The position numbers were made by a program, and so were the translations under genes. Below are positions 41,199 to 50,919 of a stretch of DNA of 64,000 bases, in pieces (within the stretch, counting starts at the first letter, position 1; each line of letters opens with the position of its first letter). Source of the DNA: an uncultured cyanobacterium (GTDB taxonomy: Bacteria > Cyanobacteriota > Cyanobacteriia > Cyanobacteriales > CAWUOF01); NCBI GenBank assembly GCA_963744145.1, contig CAVUSO010000001.1, positions 6,496,001-6,560,000 on the forward strand, read 5' to 3'. The notes below the pieces were generated by a model. It was not told the DNA's origin, searched no databases, and was given only the letters and a program-made list of their open reading frames with translations.

Positions 41199-42071
41199 TT
41201 AATTTTTCTGGTCTTCAATTCGATCTAAAAATTCACTCAAAACTTGTAAAAATCGCTCTGTTTCCTCTAGATGAACCATGTGTGAACTATTTTCAAAAAG
41301 TACCCATTCAGAGCCGCAAATACCTTGGTTAACTATTTCGACACAAGCAGGAGTAACCTCATCGTAGTGACCTGAAATTAGCAGGGTCGGTGTGACAATT
41401 TCTGCGAGACGATTTGACCTATTCCAGTCGATAATTTTGCCCACACCACGAAACACTGTACCAACTTTACTATAAGCTCTAGTTAAGCATTCCGGCCAAG
41501 GATCTAATCGACAAAGAAAGGAATAATTAAATAATTCCATAGCTTGTTTATATTCAGGTGATTCGGTAGTATGATTAGTTTCATGGTGATGGATAATCTG
41601 TTGTATTTCTTTTGGTAAATCATTCATCAACCTATATGCTTCACTGACAAATTGTTGAATATTTGCTGGTGTACTAGCTAAGATGAGACTAACTAACCCA
41701 TTAGCTCGATCAAGAGCGTGTTCGAGTGCTAAACAGCCCCCCCATGATTGTCCAAAAAGATGTATTTGCTCTAAATTTAGGGCTTGACGAATAGTGACAA
41801 GTTCCTCTTTAAATAGATCAATGGAATAAAAATCAGGATCTTGGGGGCGATCGCTATTCCCACAACCTAATTGATCATAAAATATGACAGATCGTCCCGT
41901 TTTGGCGATCGCTGCTAGTGGTTCTAAGTAGTCATGGGGTACTCCTGGACCACCATGAAGACATAGCAGTGGGAATTTGCCCAATTCTTCCGGTTCGGGT
42001 TTAATTTGACGATACCAAACTTGATGACCACGGAATGGGATAAAACCTTCACTAGCAGATGTTTTTGTCAT
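41199..42071 (-). CDS. Proline iminopeptidase-family alpha/beta hydrolase
   Basis: HGGPG, YDQLGCG, GQSWGG, SSHMVH. Confidence 0.9.
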   Translation of the reverse strand: MTKTSASEGFIPFRGHQVWYRQIKPEPEELGKFPLLCLHGGPGVPHDYLEPLAAIAKTGRSVIFYDQLGCGNSDRPQDPDFYSIDLFKEELVTIRQALNLEQIHLFGQSWGGCLALEHALDRANGLVSLILASTPANIQQFVSEAYRLMNDLPKEIQQIIHHHETNHTTESPEYKQAMELFNYSFLCRLDPWPECLTRAYSKVGTVFRGVGKIIDWNRSNRLAEIVTPTLLISGHYDEVTPACVEIVNQGICGSEWVLFENSSHMVHLEETERFLQVLSEFLDRIEDQKN

Positions 42072-42160
42072 ACAGGATCAGTTTTTTTCAATGCCAAGTA
42101 AGTATAATAGGACTAGGCCATCAGTGATTGTAGCATTATGGGAGAGAAAATATCCGATCG

Positions 42161-42178
42161 CATCTGATTAATCAGATG
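42161..42178. promoter_or_regulatory. Perfect 18-bp palindrome upstream of Uma2 (second copy at 43141-43158)
   Basis: CATCTGATT-AATCAGATG. Confidence 0.45.
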
Positions 42179-42239
42179 TAAGCTGAAGGGGATGAGCTGG
42201 GACGATTACCATAAACTAATAAATCCAATAATCTTAACT

Positions 42240-42941
42240 ATGACAATTGCTAAAGAAATAGAATCTTCCCAAAATCCCTGCCCAAATGTTATCTTTCCCC
42301 CAGGTGATTTATATAGCGACGAGCCTCCCTTGGAAAGCGAACTACATCTGCGACAAATAATTCTCCTGTTACAATGCCTAGAATGGTTATGGCAAGACCG
42401 AACTGATTTTTATGCCGCAGGAAACCTGACTATTTACTATAGTCGCTACCAACGCAAAAGCGAGGATAGCCGAGGACCAGATTTTTTTGTGGTATTGGAT
42501 ACGGAACGGAAAATCCGGAAAAGTTGGGTATTATGGGAAGAAGAGGGCAAATATCCCAACTTCATCGTCGAAATTCTGTCGGAATCAACAGCTCGGAAGG
42601 ACAAGAAAGAAAAGAAAAAAATTTATCAAAATGTATTTCGGACACCAGATTATTTTTGGTTTGACCCTTACACCTTAGAATTTGCTGGGTTTCATTTACT
42701 TGATAATAAATATGAACCTCTAGAACCAAATCCAGCAGGACATCTATGGAGTCAGCAATTAGGTTTATATTTAGGAATTCATCAAAGACAATTAAGATTT
42801 TTTACCGACCTGGGAAAATTAGTCCCGACACCAGCAGAAATTGCCGAACAGGAAACTCAACGGGCCGAACAGGAAACTCAACGGGCCGATCGTTTAGCAG
42901 CTAAACTACGACAATTAAATATCGATCCAGATCAGATTTGA
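42240..42941 (+). CDS. Uma2-family endonuclease, copy 1
   Basis: SDEPPLES, GPDFFVV, IVEILSEST, YFWFDP; start inferred from paralogs. Confidence 0.92.
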   Translation: MTIAKEIESSQNPCPNVIFPPGDLYSDEPPLESELHLRQIILLLQCLEWLWQDRTDFYAAGNLTIYYSRYQRKSEDSRGPDFFVVLDTERKIRKSWVLWEEEGKYPNFIVEILSESTARKDKKEKKKIYQNVFRTPDYFWFDPYTLEFAGFHLLDNKYEPLEPNPAGHLWSQQLGLYLGIHQRQLRFFTDLGKLVPTPAEIAEQETQRAEQETQRADRLAAKLRQLNIDPDQI

Positions 42942-43219
42942 GCAAAAGTTCCTTTTCTGCTTACCAATTTAAACCTATTAAAATATGAGAAGGAAAAAAG
43001 TGCTTCGGAAAGAGCTTTGGTGATCAGTTTCACTAGCAGATGTTTTTGTCATACAGGATTAGTTTTTTCAATACCAAGTAAGTATAATAGGACTAGGCCA
43101 TCAGTGATTGTAGCATCATGGGATAGAAAATGTCCGATCGCATCTGATTAATCAGATGTAAGCTGAAGGGAATTAGCTGGGACGATTACCATAAACTAAT
43201 AAATACAATAATCTTAACT

Positions 43220-43963
43220 ATGACGATTGCTAAAGAAATAGAATCTTCCCAAAATACCTGCCCAAATGTTATCTTTCCTTCAGGTGATTTATATAGCGAC
43301 GAGCCTCCCTTGGAAAGCGAACTACATCTGCGACAAATAATTCTCCTGTTACAATGCCTAGAATGGTTATGGCAAGACCGAACTGATTTTTATGCCGCAG
43401 GAAACCTGACCATTTACTATAGTCGCTATCAACGCAAAAGCGAGGATAGTCGAGGACCAGATTTTTTTGTAGTATTGGATACGGAACGGAAAATCCGGAA
43501 AAGTTGGGTATTATGGGAAGAAGAGGGCAAATATCCCAACTTCATTGTTGAAATTCTGTCGGAATCAACAGCACAGAAGGACAAGAAAGAAAAGAAAAAA
43601 ATTTATCAAAATGTATTTCGGACACCAGATTATTTTTGGTTTGATCCTTACACCCTAGAATTGGCTGGGTTTCATTTACTGGATAATAAATATCAACCTC
43701 TAGAACCAAATCCAGCCGGACATCTGTGGAGTCAGCAATTAGGTTTATATTTAGGAATTCATCAAAGACAATTAAGATTTTTTACCGACCTGGGGAAATT
43801 AGTCCCGACACCAGCAGAAATTGCCCAACAGGAAGCTCAACGGGCCGAACAGGCAGCTCAACAGGCCGAACAGGCAGCTCAACGGGCCGAACAGGAAACT
43901 CAACGGGCCGATCGTTTAGCGGCTAAACTACGACAATTAAATATCGATCCAGATCAGATTTGA
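43220..43963 (+). CDS. Uma2-family endonuclease, copy 2
   Basis: Near-identical to copy 1; four C-terminal heptads. Confidence 0.92.
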   Translation: MTIAKEIESSQNTCPNVIFPSGDLYSDEPPLESELHLRQIILLLQCLEWLWQDRTDFYAAGNLTIYYSRYQRKSEDSRGPDFFVVLDTERKIRKSWVLWEEEGKYPNFIVEILSESTAQKDKKEKKKIYQNVFRTPDYFWFDPYTLELAGFHLLDNKYQPLEPNPAGHLWSQQLGLYLGIHQRQLRFFTDLGKLVPTPAEIAQQEAQRAEQAAQQAEQAAQRAEQETQRADRLAAKLRQLNIDPDQI

Positions 43964-44029
43964 GCAAAAGCTCCTTTGAGGAGAGGGGTTGGGCTCGATA
44001 TGTTCTGCTAGCATGAAACAGCCATGCTG

Positions 44030-44087
44030 CTTTTTAAGGGGGATACGAGGGGGATCTAGCTCTGTGCAACTTTACATTAAATTGGTA
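44030..44087. mobile_element. Right-end fragment of the TACCAATT MITE family
   Basis: AAGGGGGAT..AGGGGGAT..TGTGCAACTTTACATTAAATTGGTA-TAA resembles 41130-41183. Confidence 0.6.
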
Positions 44088-44147
44088 TAAGCTGAATGAG
44101 ATTAGCTGGGACGATTACCATAAACTAATAAATACAATATCTTAACT

Positions 44148-44828
44148 ATGACAATTGCTAAAGAAATAGAATCTTCCCAAAATCCCTGCCCAAATGTTAT
44201 CTTTCCCCCAGGTGATTTATATAGCGACGAGCCTCCCTTGGAAAGCGAACTACATCTGCGACAAGTAATTCTACTGTTACAATGCTTAGAATGGTTATGG
44301 CAAGACCGAACTGATTTTTATGCCGCAGGAAACCTGACTATTTACTATAGTCGCTACCAACGCAAAAGCGAGGATAGTCGAGGACCAGATTTTTTTGTGG
44401 TATTGGATACGGAACGGAAAATCCGGAAAAGTTGGGTATTATGGGAAGAAGAGGGTAAATATCCCAACTTCATTGTCGAAATTCTGTCGGAATCAACAGC
44501 ACAGAAGGACAAGAAAGAAAAGAAAAAAATTTATCAAAATGTATTTCGGACACCAGATTATTTTTGGTTTGACCCTTACACCCTAGAATTGGCTGGGTTT
44601 CATTTACTGGATAATAAATATGAACCTCTAGAACCAAATCCAGCCGGACATCTGTGGAGTCAGCAATTAGGTTTATATTTAGGAATTCATCAAAGACAAT
44701 TAAGATTTTTTACCGACCTGGGTAAATTAGTCCCGACACCAGCAGAAACTGCCGAACAGGAAACCCAACGGGCCGATCGTTTAGCGGCTAAACTACGACA
44801 ATTAAATATCGATCCAGATCAGATTTGA
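44148..44828 (+). CDS. Uma2-family endonuclease, copy 3
   Basis: Near-identical to copies 1 and 2; one heptad. Confidence 0.92.
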   Translation: MTIAKEIESSQNPCPNVIFPPGDLYSDEPPLESELHLRQVILLLQCLEWLWQDRTDFYAAGNLTIYYSRYQRKSEDSRGPDFFVVLDTERKIRKSWVLWEEEGKYPNFIVEILSESTAQKDKKEKKKIYQNVFRTPDYFWFDPYTLELAGFHLLDNKYEPLEPNPAGHLWSQQLGLYLGIHQRQLRFFTDLGKLVPTPAETAEQETQRADRLAAKLRQLNIDPDQI

Positions 44829-44871
44829 GCAAAAGCTCCTTTTCTTCTTAGCAATTTAAACCTATTAAAAT

Positions 44872-45912
44872 ATGAGAAGGGAAAAAAAAGTGATTCGGAA
44901 AGAGCCTTGGTTATCAGCTTCACTAGCATTAGCTTGTCCTGGAGCTGGCCATATTTATGCGGGAAAAATGTTAAGAGGATTAGTATTAAACTCATCGATT
45001 GTTATTTTAGCTAGTCTAGGTTTATGGTATATTATTAATTCAATCCATGGTTTTGTAACGGGCATGGAAATATTAATGCTTTCTGCGATATTATTCATGT
45101 TCAATATTTATGATGCTCATCGTTATGTGATGGATGGCAATAATAGAAGGTTTGAAGTATTAAGAAAAAGTAATAAAGACCCTTGGTTGGCTGTATTTCT
45201 TTCATTAATTATCCCTGGGCTTGGTCATGCTTATCAGAAAAAATGGTTATTTGCACTTGGTTTTTTTCTGGTTAATCTGGCTGCTGGATTAATTAATAAT
45301 TTGGCATTTTATCTAATCTTAAAGCTAGTAATTACCTATATCTGCTGTTACCATGTTTATATTTATGCACCAGTTAGACGAGAAAAAAATAACCACTTAA
45401 TCTTCAATAAATCTATCGCATTTATGACCATCTCAATTATTTTAGGATGGGGATTAATATTGACAATTATGCAATTCAATTATATTGGTAGCAATGAGAT
45501 GATGCCAACTTTACAGCCAGACGATCGCATAGTAGTTAACAAGATGGATTATTTATTTAACCATCCTGAACGAGGTGATATTATTGTATTTGAACCAACC
45601 CCCAAGCTGAGGTCGATGAACTTGCATGATCTATTGGTCAAAAGAATAATTGGTTTACCAGGAGAAAAAGTTGAAATCAAAAATCGACAGGTTTATATTG
45701 ATGATCAACCATTACCAGAAGATTATATATTAGAACCACCCAATTATGATTATGGTCCACATATAGTGCCCCAGGATTTCTATTTGGTTCTCGGTGATAG
45801 TCGTAATCATTCCTTTGATAGTCATAACTGGGGGTTTCTAGCGAGAGAATATATTATTGGTAAGGTGACAAAAATATATTTGCCTTGGGCAAGAAATAAA
45901 ATTCTCAAATAA
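44872..45912 (+). CDS. Signal peptidase I homologue with multi-TM N-terminus
   Basis: MMPTLQPDDRI, RGDIIVF, VKRIIGLPG, LGDSRNHSFDS; duplicated PW....S...PG.GH.Y TM module. Confidence 0.88.
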   Translation: MRREKKVIRKEPWLSASLALACPGAGHIYAGKMLRGLVLNSSIVILASLGLWYIINSIHGFVTGMEILMLSAILFMFNIYDAHRYVMDGNNRRFEVLRKSNKDPWLAVFLSLIIPGLGHAYQKKWLFALGFFLVNLAAGLINNLAFYLILKLVITYICCYHVYIYAPVRREKNNHLIFNKSIAFMTISIILGWGLILTIMQFNYIGSNEMMPTLQPDDRIVVNKMDYLFNHPERGDIIVFEPTPKLRSMNLHDLLVKRIIGLPGEKVEIKNRQVYIDDQPLPEDYILEPPNYDYGPHIVPQDFYLVLGDSRNHSFDSHNWGFLAREYIIGKVTKIYLPWARNKILK

Positions 45913-45960
45913 TATTTTTAGTCCCGATCGCCGACAAACACCTTCCCAAAAGTTTCCTGA

Positions 45961-46395
45961 TTAAAATCCTTCAACATAATGTTTTAATTCCCGCGCCATC
46001 CGTTCCATCGCACGCTGCTCATCGAGCCGAATGAAAGGCAAAAATATTCCTGATAACCATCCAGAAAATTTAGCTTGGTGCATATATTTAGTGCGTCCCA
46101 CACCAATTTCTTGTAATTCAAAAATATACTCAGTCCGAAAACCAGTTGTGGTAGAAACCCAGGATAAACAAGTATTCAGTTGGAGCAAAGTTACCAAAGC
46201 ACCAAACTCCGTTTCCTCCTCACGTCGAATCCGTCGGAGAGATAAAATCACCTCTCGTCCGAGTTGAAAAGGACGAGCTGGGTCACTGTCAAATAAAAAA
46301 GTATTCCATTTTAACCATTCCTCTTTGTGAAATAAAGCGTGCCAAACTTGCTTTTTGGGGGCATTTATCACCGTTTCCGTATAAATACTTGGCAT
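45961..46395 (-). CDS. SRPBCC/START-fold protein
   Basis: TETVINAPKKQVW. Confidence 0.8.
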   Translation of the reverse strand: MPSIYTETVINAPKKQVWHALFHKEEWLKWNTFLFDSDPARPFQLGREVILSLRRIRREEETEFGALVTLLQLNTCLSWVSTTTGFRTEYIFELQEIGVGRTKYMHQAKFSGWLSGIFLPFIRLDEQRAMERMARELKHYVEGF

Positions 46396-46555
46396 AACGA
46401 TCGCTTGACCTTCCTTGCTAGGGTATTTTTAAGGAAAATATCCAGATGGAAATCTAAAAATTTAAAATTTAAAATCGCAGATTTTCCGGACATGGGCATC
46501 TAAAATCTAAAAGCTGGAATATCTCAACTGCCATTTTCACGAAAACAGCAATAGT

Positions 46556-47947
46556 ATGACTGATTTAACTCCTAATCCTAGTTTTAGTTTAGCAATTCGG
46601 TTACAACTTCCTAATCGAGCAGGAATGTTAGCCAGTGTGACCCAAGCGATCGCCGAGCAAGGCGGAAATTTAGGCCACATTGACTTAATTGAACAAAACC
46701 GCCATACTTCAATTCGCGAAATCACGGTTGATGCGGCTAGTATTGAGCAAGATGAACGAATCGTACAAGCGCTCAAAGCACTGCCAGAAATTCAGATCCT
46801 GGAGGTTTCTGATCGAACATTTGACTTACACAAAGGTGGCAAAATTAGTATTCACAGCAAAGTTCCCTTGAAAACCCAAGCCGAACTGGCCATGGCCTAT
46901 ACTCCTGGAGTCGGTCGGATTTCTTTAGCGATCGCCCATGATCCTGAAGAAGTTTACAATCTCACGATCAAAAGTAATACTGTTGCGATCGTCACTGATG
47001 GTAGTGCGGTGTTGGGGTTAGGTAATTTAGGTAGTAGTAGTGCTTTACCAGTAATGGAAGGTAAAGCCATGTTGTTCAGAGAATTTGCTAATATCAATGC
47101 CTTTCCGATCTGTTTAGATACTCAAGATACGGAAGAAATTATTCGCACTGTCAAAAATATTGCCCCTGTGTTTGGGGGGATTAACCTGGAAGATATTAGT
47201 GCCCCCCGGTGTTTTGAAATTGATACTAGGTTACGACGAGAATTAGATATTCCTGTATTTCACGATGATCAACATGGCACCGCGATCGTGAGTTTAGCCG
47301 CTTTAATTAATGCTTTGAAGCTAGTTAAAAAATCCATGGCAGAAGTGCGAATTGTCATTAATGGGGCGGGAGCTGCTGGGATTGCGATCGCCCGATTACT
47401 GCGTAAAGCTGGTGCATCCTCGATTTGGATCTGTGATTCCAAAGGAATTTTATCTACCAGTCGCACCAATCTAACTCCCGAAAAACAGGAATTTGCCGTG
47501 GCAGCTAGTGGGACTTTAGCCGATGCTTTAATCGATGCAGATATTTTTCTAGGTGTGAGTGTAGCTGGAGTTCTTTCCCCAGAAATGGTGCGATCGATGG
47601 CTAAAGATCCGATCGTTTTTGCGATGGCTAATCCCATTCCCGAGATTCAACCGGAATTAATCATTCATGATGTGGCGATTATGGCTACAGGTCGCAGTGA
47701 TTACTCCAATCAAATCAATAACGTCTTAGCTTTCCCAGGTTTATTTCGTGGTGCTTTAGATTGTCGAGCTGCTAGCATTACTACTAATATGTATTTACAA
47801 GCAGCAGCAGCGATCGCTGCTTTAGTCAGCGAGGATGAGCTTAACCAAGAACATATTATCCCCTCGGTTTTTGATCCGCGAGTGGTTAACGCTGTTGCTA
47901 CTGCGGTGCAAAATGCTGCTCGTGAAGATGGAGTAGCTCGGAATTAA
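46556..47947 (+). CDS. Malic enzyme with N-terminal ACT domain
   Basis: AYTPGV, VMEGK, NLEDI, HDDQHGT, GAGAAG, NQINNVLAFPG. Confidence 0.95.
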   Translation: MTDLTPNPSFSLAIRLQLPNRAGMLASVTQAIAEQGGNLGHIDLIEQNRHTSIREITVDAASIEQDERIVQALKALPEIQILEVSDRTFDLHKGGKISIHSKVPLKTQAELAMAYTPGVGRISLAIAHDPEEVYNLTIKSNTVAIVTDGSAVLGLGNLGSSSALPVMEGKAMLFREFANINAFPICLDTQDTEEIIRTVKNIAPVFGGINLEDISAPRCFEIDTRLRRELDIPVFHDDQHGTAIVSLAALINALKLVKKSMAEVRIVINGAGAAGIAIARLLRKAGASSIWICDSKGILSTSRTNLTPEKQEFAVAASGTLADALIDADIFLGVSVAGVLSPEMVRSMAKDPIVFAMANPIPEIQPELIIHDVAIMATGRSDYSNQINNVLAFPGLFRGALDCRAASITTNMYLQAAAAIAALVSEDELNQEHIIPSVFDPRVVNAVATAVQNAAREDGVARN

Positions 47948-47966
47948 TTTTCTCACCAGAAAAATC

Positions 47967-48014
47967 TGGTTCGTGGTTCATCTGCACTTGAGCGAAGTCA
48001 TGAACCACCAACCA
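47967..48014. terminator. Hairpin between convergent genes
   Basis: TGGTTcGTGGTTCAT...ATGAACCACAACCA. Confidence 0.55.
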
Positions 48015-48030
48015 GGATTAATTTAATCAC

Positions 48031-48927
48031 CTAATGTTTTTTTGCTTGCAAATCTAAATCCTTACGAACACCAATCGAAGCGATTCCAGTAACGGGTAAA
48101 TTAAATTGTCTTTGAAATTGGCGCACCGCAGATTCAGTGGCTGCATCATACTGACCATTATATATTAGTGGTGGATTGGGCTTAACCACATTATTCAAAT
48201 TGTCATGCAGAGTTCGCATGACCCGAAACGCCATTTTCTGAGTGTCAGCACCAGCAATTCCATCAATCGTCAGTTCATACTCACGCTGAAAGTCTCGGAT
48301 TGCTTGTTGGCTCAGGGGATCACTTAAACTATTGCTTCTCAAATCCACATTATATCCCAGACCATATAAAACCGTGAGAAACTGGGTAACATTATAATTT
48401 CCTGGTGTAATCACTGGTGTGGGATTTGGAGGTTGGGGTTGGGGCTGAGGTGTTTGACCAATTATTTCTTTAGCCCTTTTATCCACTTCTTGACGTACAG
48501 CTAGGGTCGCAATCCCAGTTACAGGTAAATTGTATCTTTGCTGAAATTGTCTCACCGCTAATTCAGTTTGTGGGCCAAAATATTGCGATCGGGGTAAGGG
48601 GGGGTTAGGTTTCAACAACAGATTTAAACTTGCTTGTAGATTTGTGACTAGATTTGCTGCTAAATCTTGAGTAGCCACGTTAGCTGACCCATCAACTGGT
48701 AATCCATATTGTTTTTGAAATTCCCGAATTGCTTGCACACTAACATCATCTGTTAAAGTATCACCTAAAGAGATGTTATATCCCAAACCATTTAAAACCG
48801 AACGAAACTCTACTGGGGTATAATCTCTAGCCCGTTTAGCCCAGGCTGGTTGGTAACTAACTAGACCGACAGTGGCACCCAATACTAAAGTTGTGCCGAT
48901 GATTTGCCAATTATGACCCATTACCAC
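48031..48927 (-). CDS. Secreted protein with tandem peptidoglycan-binding domains
   Basis: Signal peptide; four A(I/V)RxFQ..Y/F.L...G.A units in two halves with a PQ linker. Confidence 0.85.
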   Translation of the reverse strand: MVMGHNWQIIGTTLVLGATVGLVSYQPAWAKRARDYTPVEFRSVLNGLGYNISLGDTLTDDVSVQAIREFQKQYGLPVDGSANVATQDLAANLVTNLQASLNLLLKPNPPLPRSQYFGPQTELAVRQFQQRYNLPVTGIATLAVRQEVDKRAKEIIGQTPQPQPQPPNPTPVITPGNYNVTQFLTVLYGLGYNVDLRSNSLSDPLSQQAIRDFQREYELTIDGIAGADTQKMAFRVMRTLHDNLNNVVKPNPPLIYNGQYDAATESAVRQFQRQFNLPVTGIASIGVRKDLDLQAKKH

Positions 48928-49034
48928 ATCCTACCTTGATAATTACACAATAAAGCTAGTAATCCGAATCAACTGCCAATTTAATTTAAGCTGGATTCGA
49001 CTAGTTTGCCATTTTGATATTTACACATAAAATT

Positions 49035-50503
49035 ATGTCATCTCAAAAACAGTTGCTCCGGAAAACATCGATTCGCGCTCTTTTATTTGAACGCTTATTG
49101 GCGTTTTAATTGCTTTAGCTAATTTGGGACTGGTCTTGTTTGATCTCAGTTATATCCCTTGGCGTAATGTTTATTTACGCTATCTGCCCACCCTCACCAA
49201 ATTATATGATCCTTATAAGGGGATTGAACCCCATCGAGATACGGAAAAATATCTAAATACAGTTGATACCCTCGAAACCCAGATTAAACAAACAGGGATT
49301 AATTCGGCTGAAGTTGAAAATTTGTTAAAACAATTGCGCGACCAAAGCGCACAAATGATTGATAATAATCCTTTTCAGTTGGCAAATAAAAGCGGTACTT
49401 TGGAAAAGATTAAAAATCTGATGCGATCGCATATTTTTCGTCAGCGCAATGTTTCCGCTAAAGAATCTTTCCGCATTTTTTGGAGCGCCCAGCATCTGGC
49501 TGAACCTAATACGGATAAAGAATTAGGTTTTTTTGATCAGAAAATTCGCTTTTTGATTGCTACTAACTATTACCGTCACTTCTCAGAAAATGGACAGTTT
49601 ATTAATATTTTTTGGCAAATAGATATTTGGTTTAATTGTCTATTTTTAGCAGAATTTTTACTGCGTACTTGGGTGATTAGTCGTCGCTATAAAAATTTAA
49701 AATGGCGCGGAGCTATGCTCGGACGTAGTTATGATATATTATTAGTTATCCCCTTTTCTCTGTTGGGCTTTAATCAGTTCGCTCTCTGTCGAATTATTAC
49801 TGTAATTGTGCGTCTTCACCAAGCTGAACTTCCCGATCTTGAACCATTACGAGCTGAAATTAGCAAATATTTGGTGTCCGTTTTAGCAACAGAAATTACG
49901 GAAGTGGTCGTGGTCAATGTGATTAATCAAACTCAAGAATCGATTAAAAGCGGTGACCTAATCAAAATGTTATTTAAAAGTAGTAACAATCATCATGTAA
50001 ACTTAAATAATGTTAATGAAATTGAAGCGATCGCTAATTATTTAGTCCAGCTAATTGTTTACGATGTTATGCCCACAATTCAACCTGATCTAGAAGCTCT
50101 GCTCCATCATAATATTAACAACTTATTTAACCAATCTCCTGTGACTAAAGGAATCCAAAATATTCCCGGGTTTAACAATTTATCCTCTGAATTAGCTCAA
50201 CAGCTAGCTACTGAAATCACCAAAGCACTTACAGTTGGACCTCAAGATTTCTACCAGAATTTTATCAATATTCCTAAAGATACAGTCGGAGAAGAACTGA
50301 CTAATCGATTGTTTCAACATCTTAGTCAATCTTTAGCAGTTGAATTGCAAAAGAAACATACTGTCAAGAAAATTGAAACTTTAATTTTAGATATTTTAGA
50401 GGAAGTTAAAGTTAGCTATGTTAAATTTTCAATTGAGGAAAAAAATGAACAAGCTAAAGCTGAGGATAACCTTTTACAAAAGATTACTTCTGCAAATAAT
50501 TAA
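49035..50503 (+). CDS. Conserved cyanobacterial membrane protein with apparent frameshift at ~49105
   Basis: ATG 49035 gives ..LFERLLAF*; the other frame continues LIALANLGLVLFDLSYIPWR. Confidence 0.7.
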
Positions 50504-50537
50504 CGAAGTTGTTCAGTTATTAAGTAATGATTTCATG

Positions 50538-50735
50538 CTAGCTAACTGCTAAATCTCCCCATACTAAATATTGCTCCAAGGGAATTTTAGTTTTAAAAAT
50601 TTCAATTAAATTACTGGGAATAAATTCTACTTTCCCATTTGCAAAAACTAAGTAAATACTATCCCCACTTAAAACTATGATCGGATTAGCTTGATGTTTG
50701 ATCGCTTCTTCAGAAAAACTAGGTAGCTTAAACAT
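50538..50735 (-). CDS. Small hypothetical protein
   Basis: ATG-initiated 65-aa ORF in intergenic space. Confidence 0.45.
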   Translation of the reverse strand: MFKLPSFSEEAIKHQANPIIVLSGDSIYLVFANGKVEFIPSNLIEIFKTKIPLEQYLVWGDLAVS

Positions 50736-50919
50736 ATTTTTGGTGAAAAGATGAATTGATTACCTGCAACAAACTTTCTATCTATGATTATTTCTTAATC
50801 ACTGAATGGGATTAGTGATCTATCTTAACATTTTTTGTGATCATATCGGTAATTTTACGTGATTATGATCACTGAATAGCAAACATAAATGTAATAGATG
50901 TAAATTTAGGATTGTCAAT

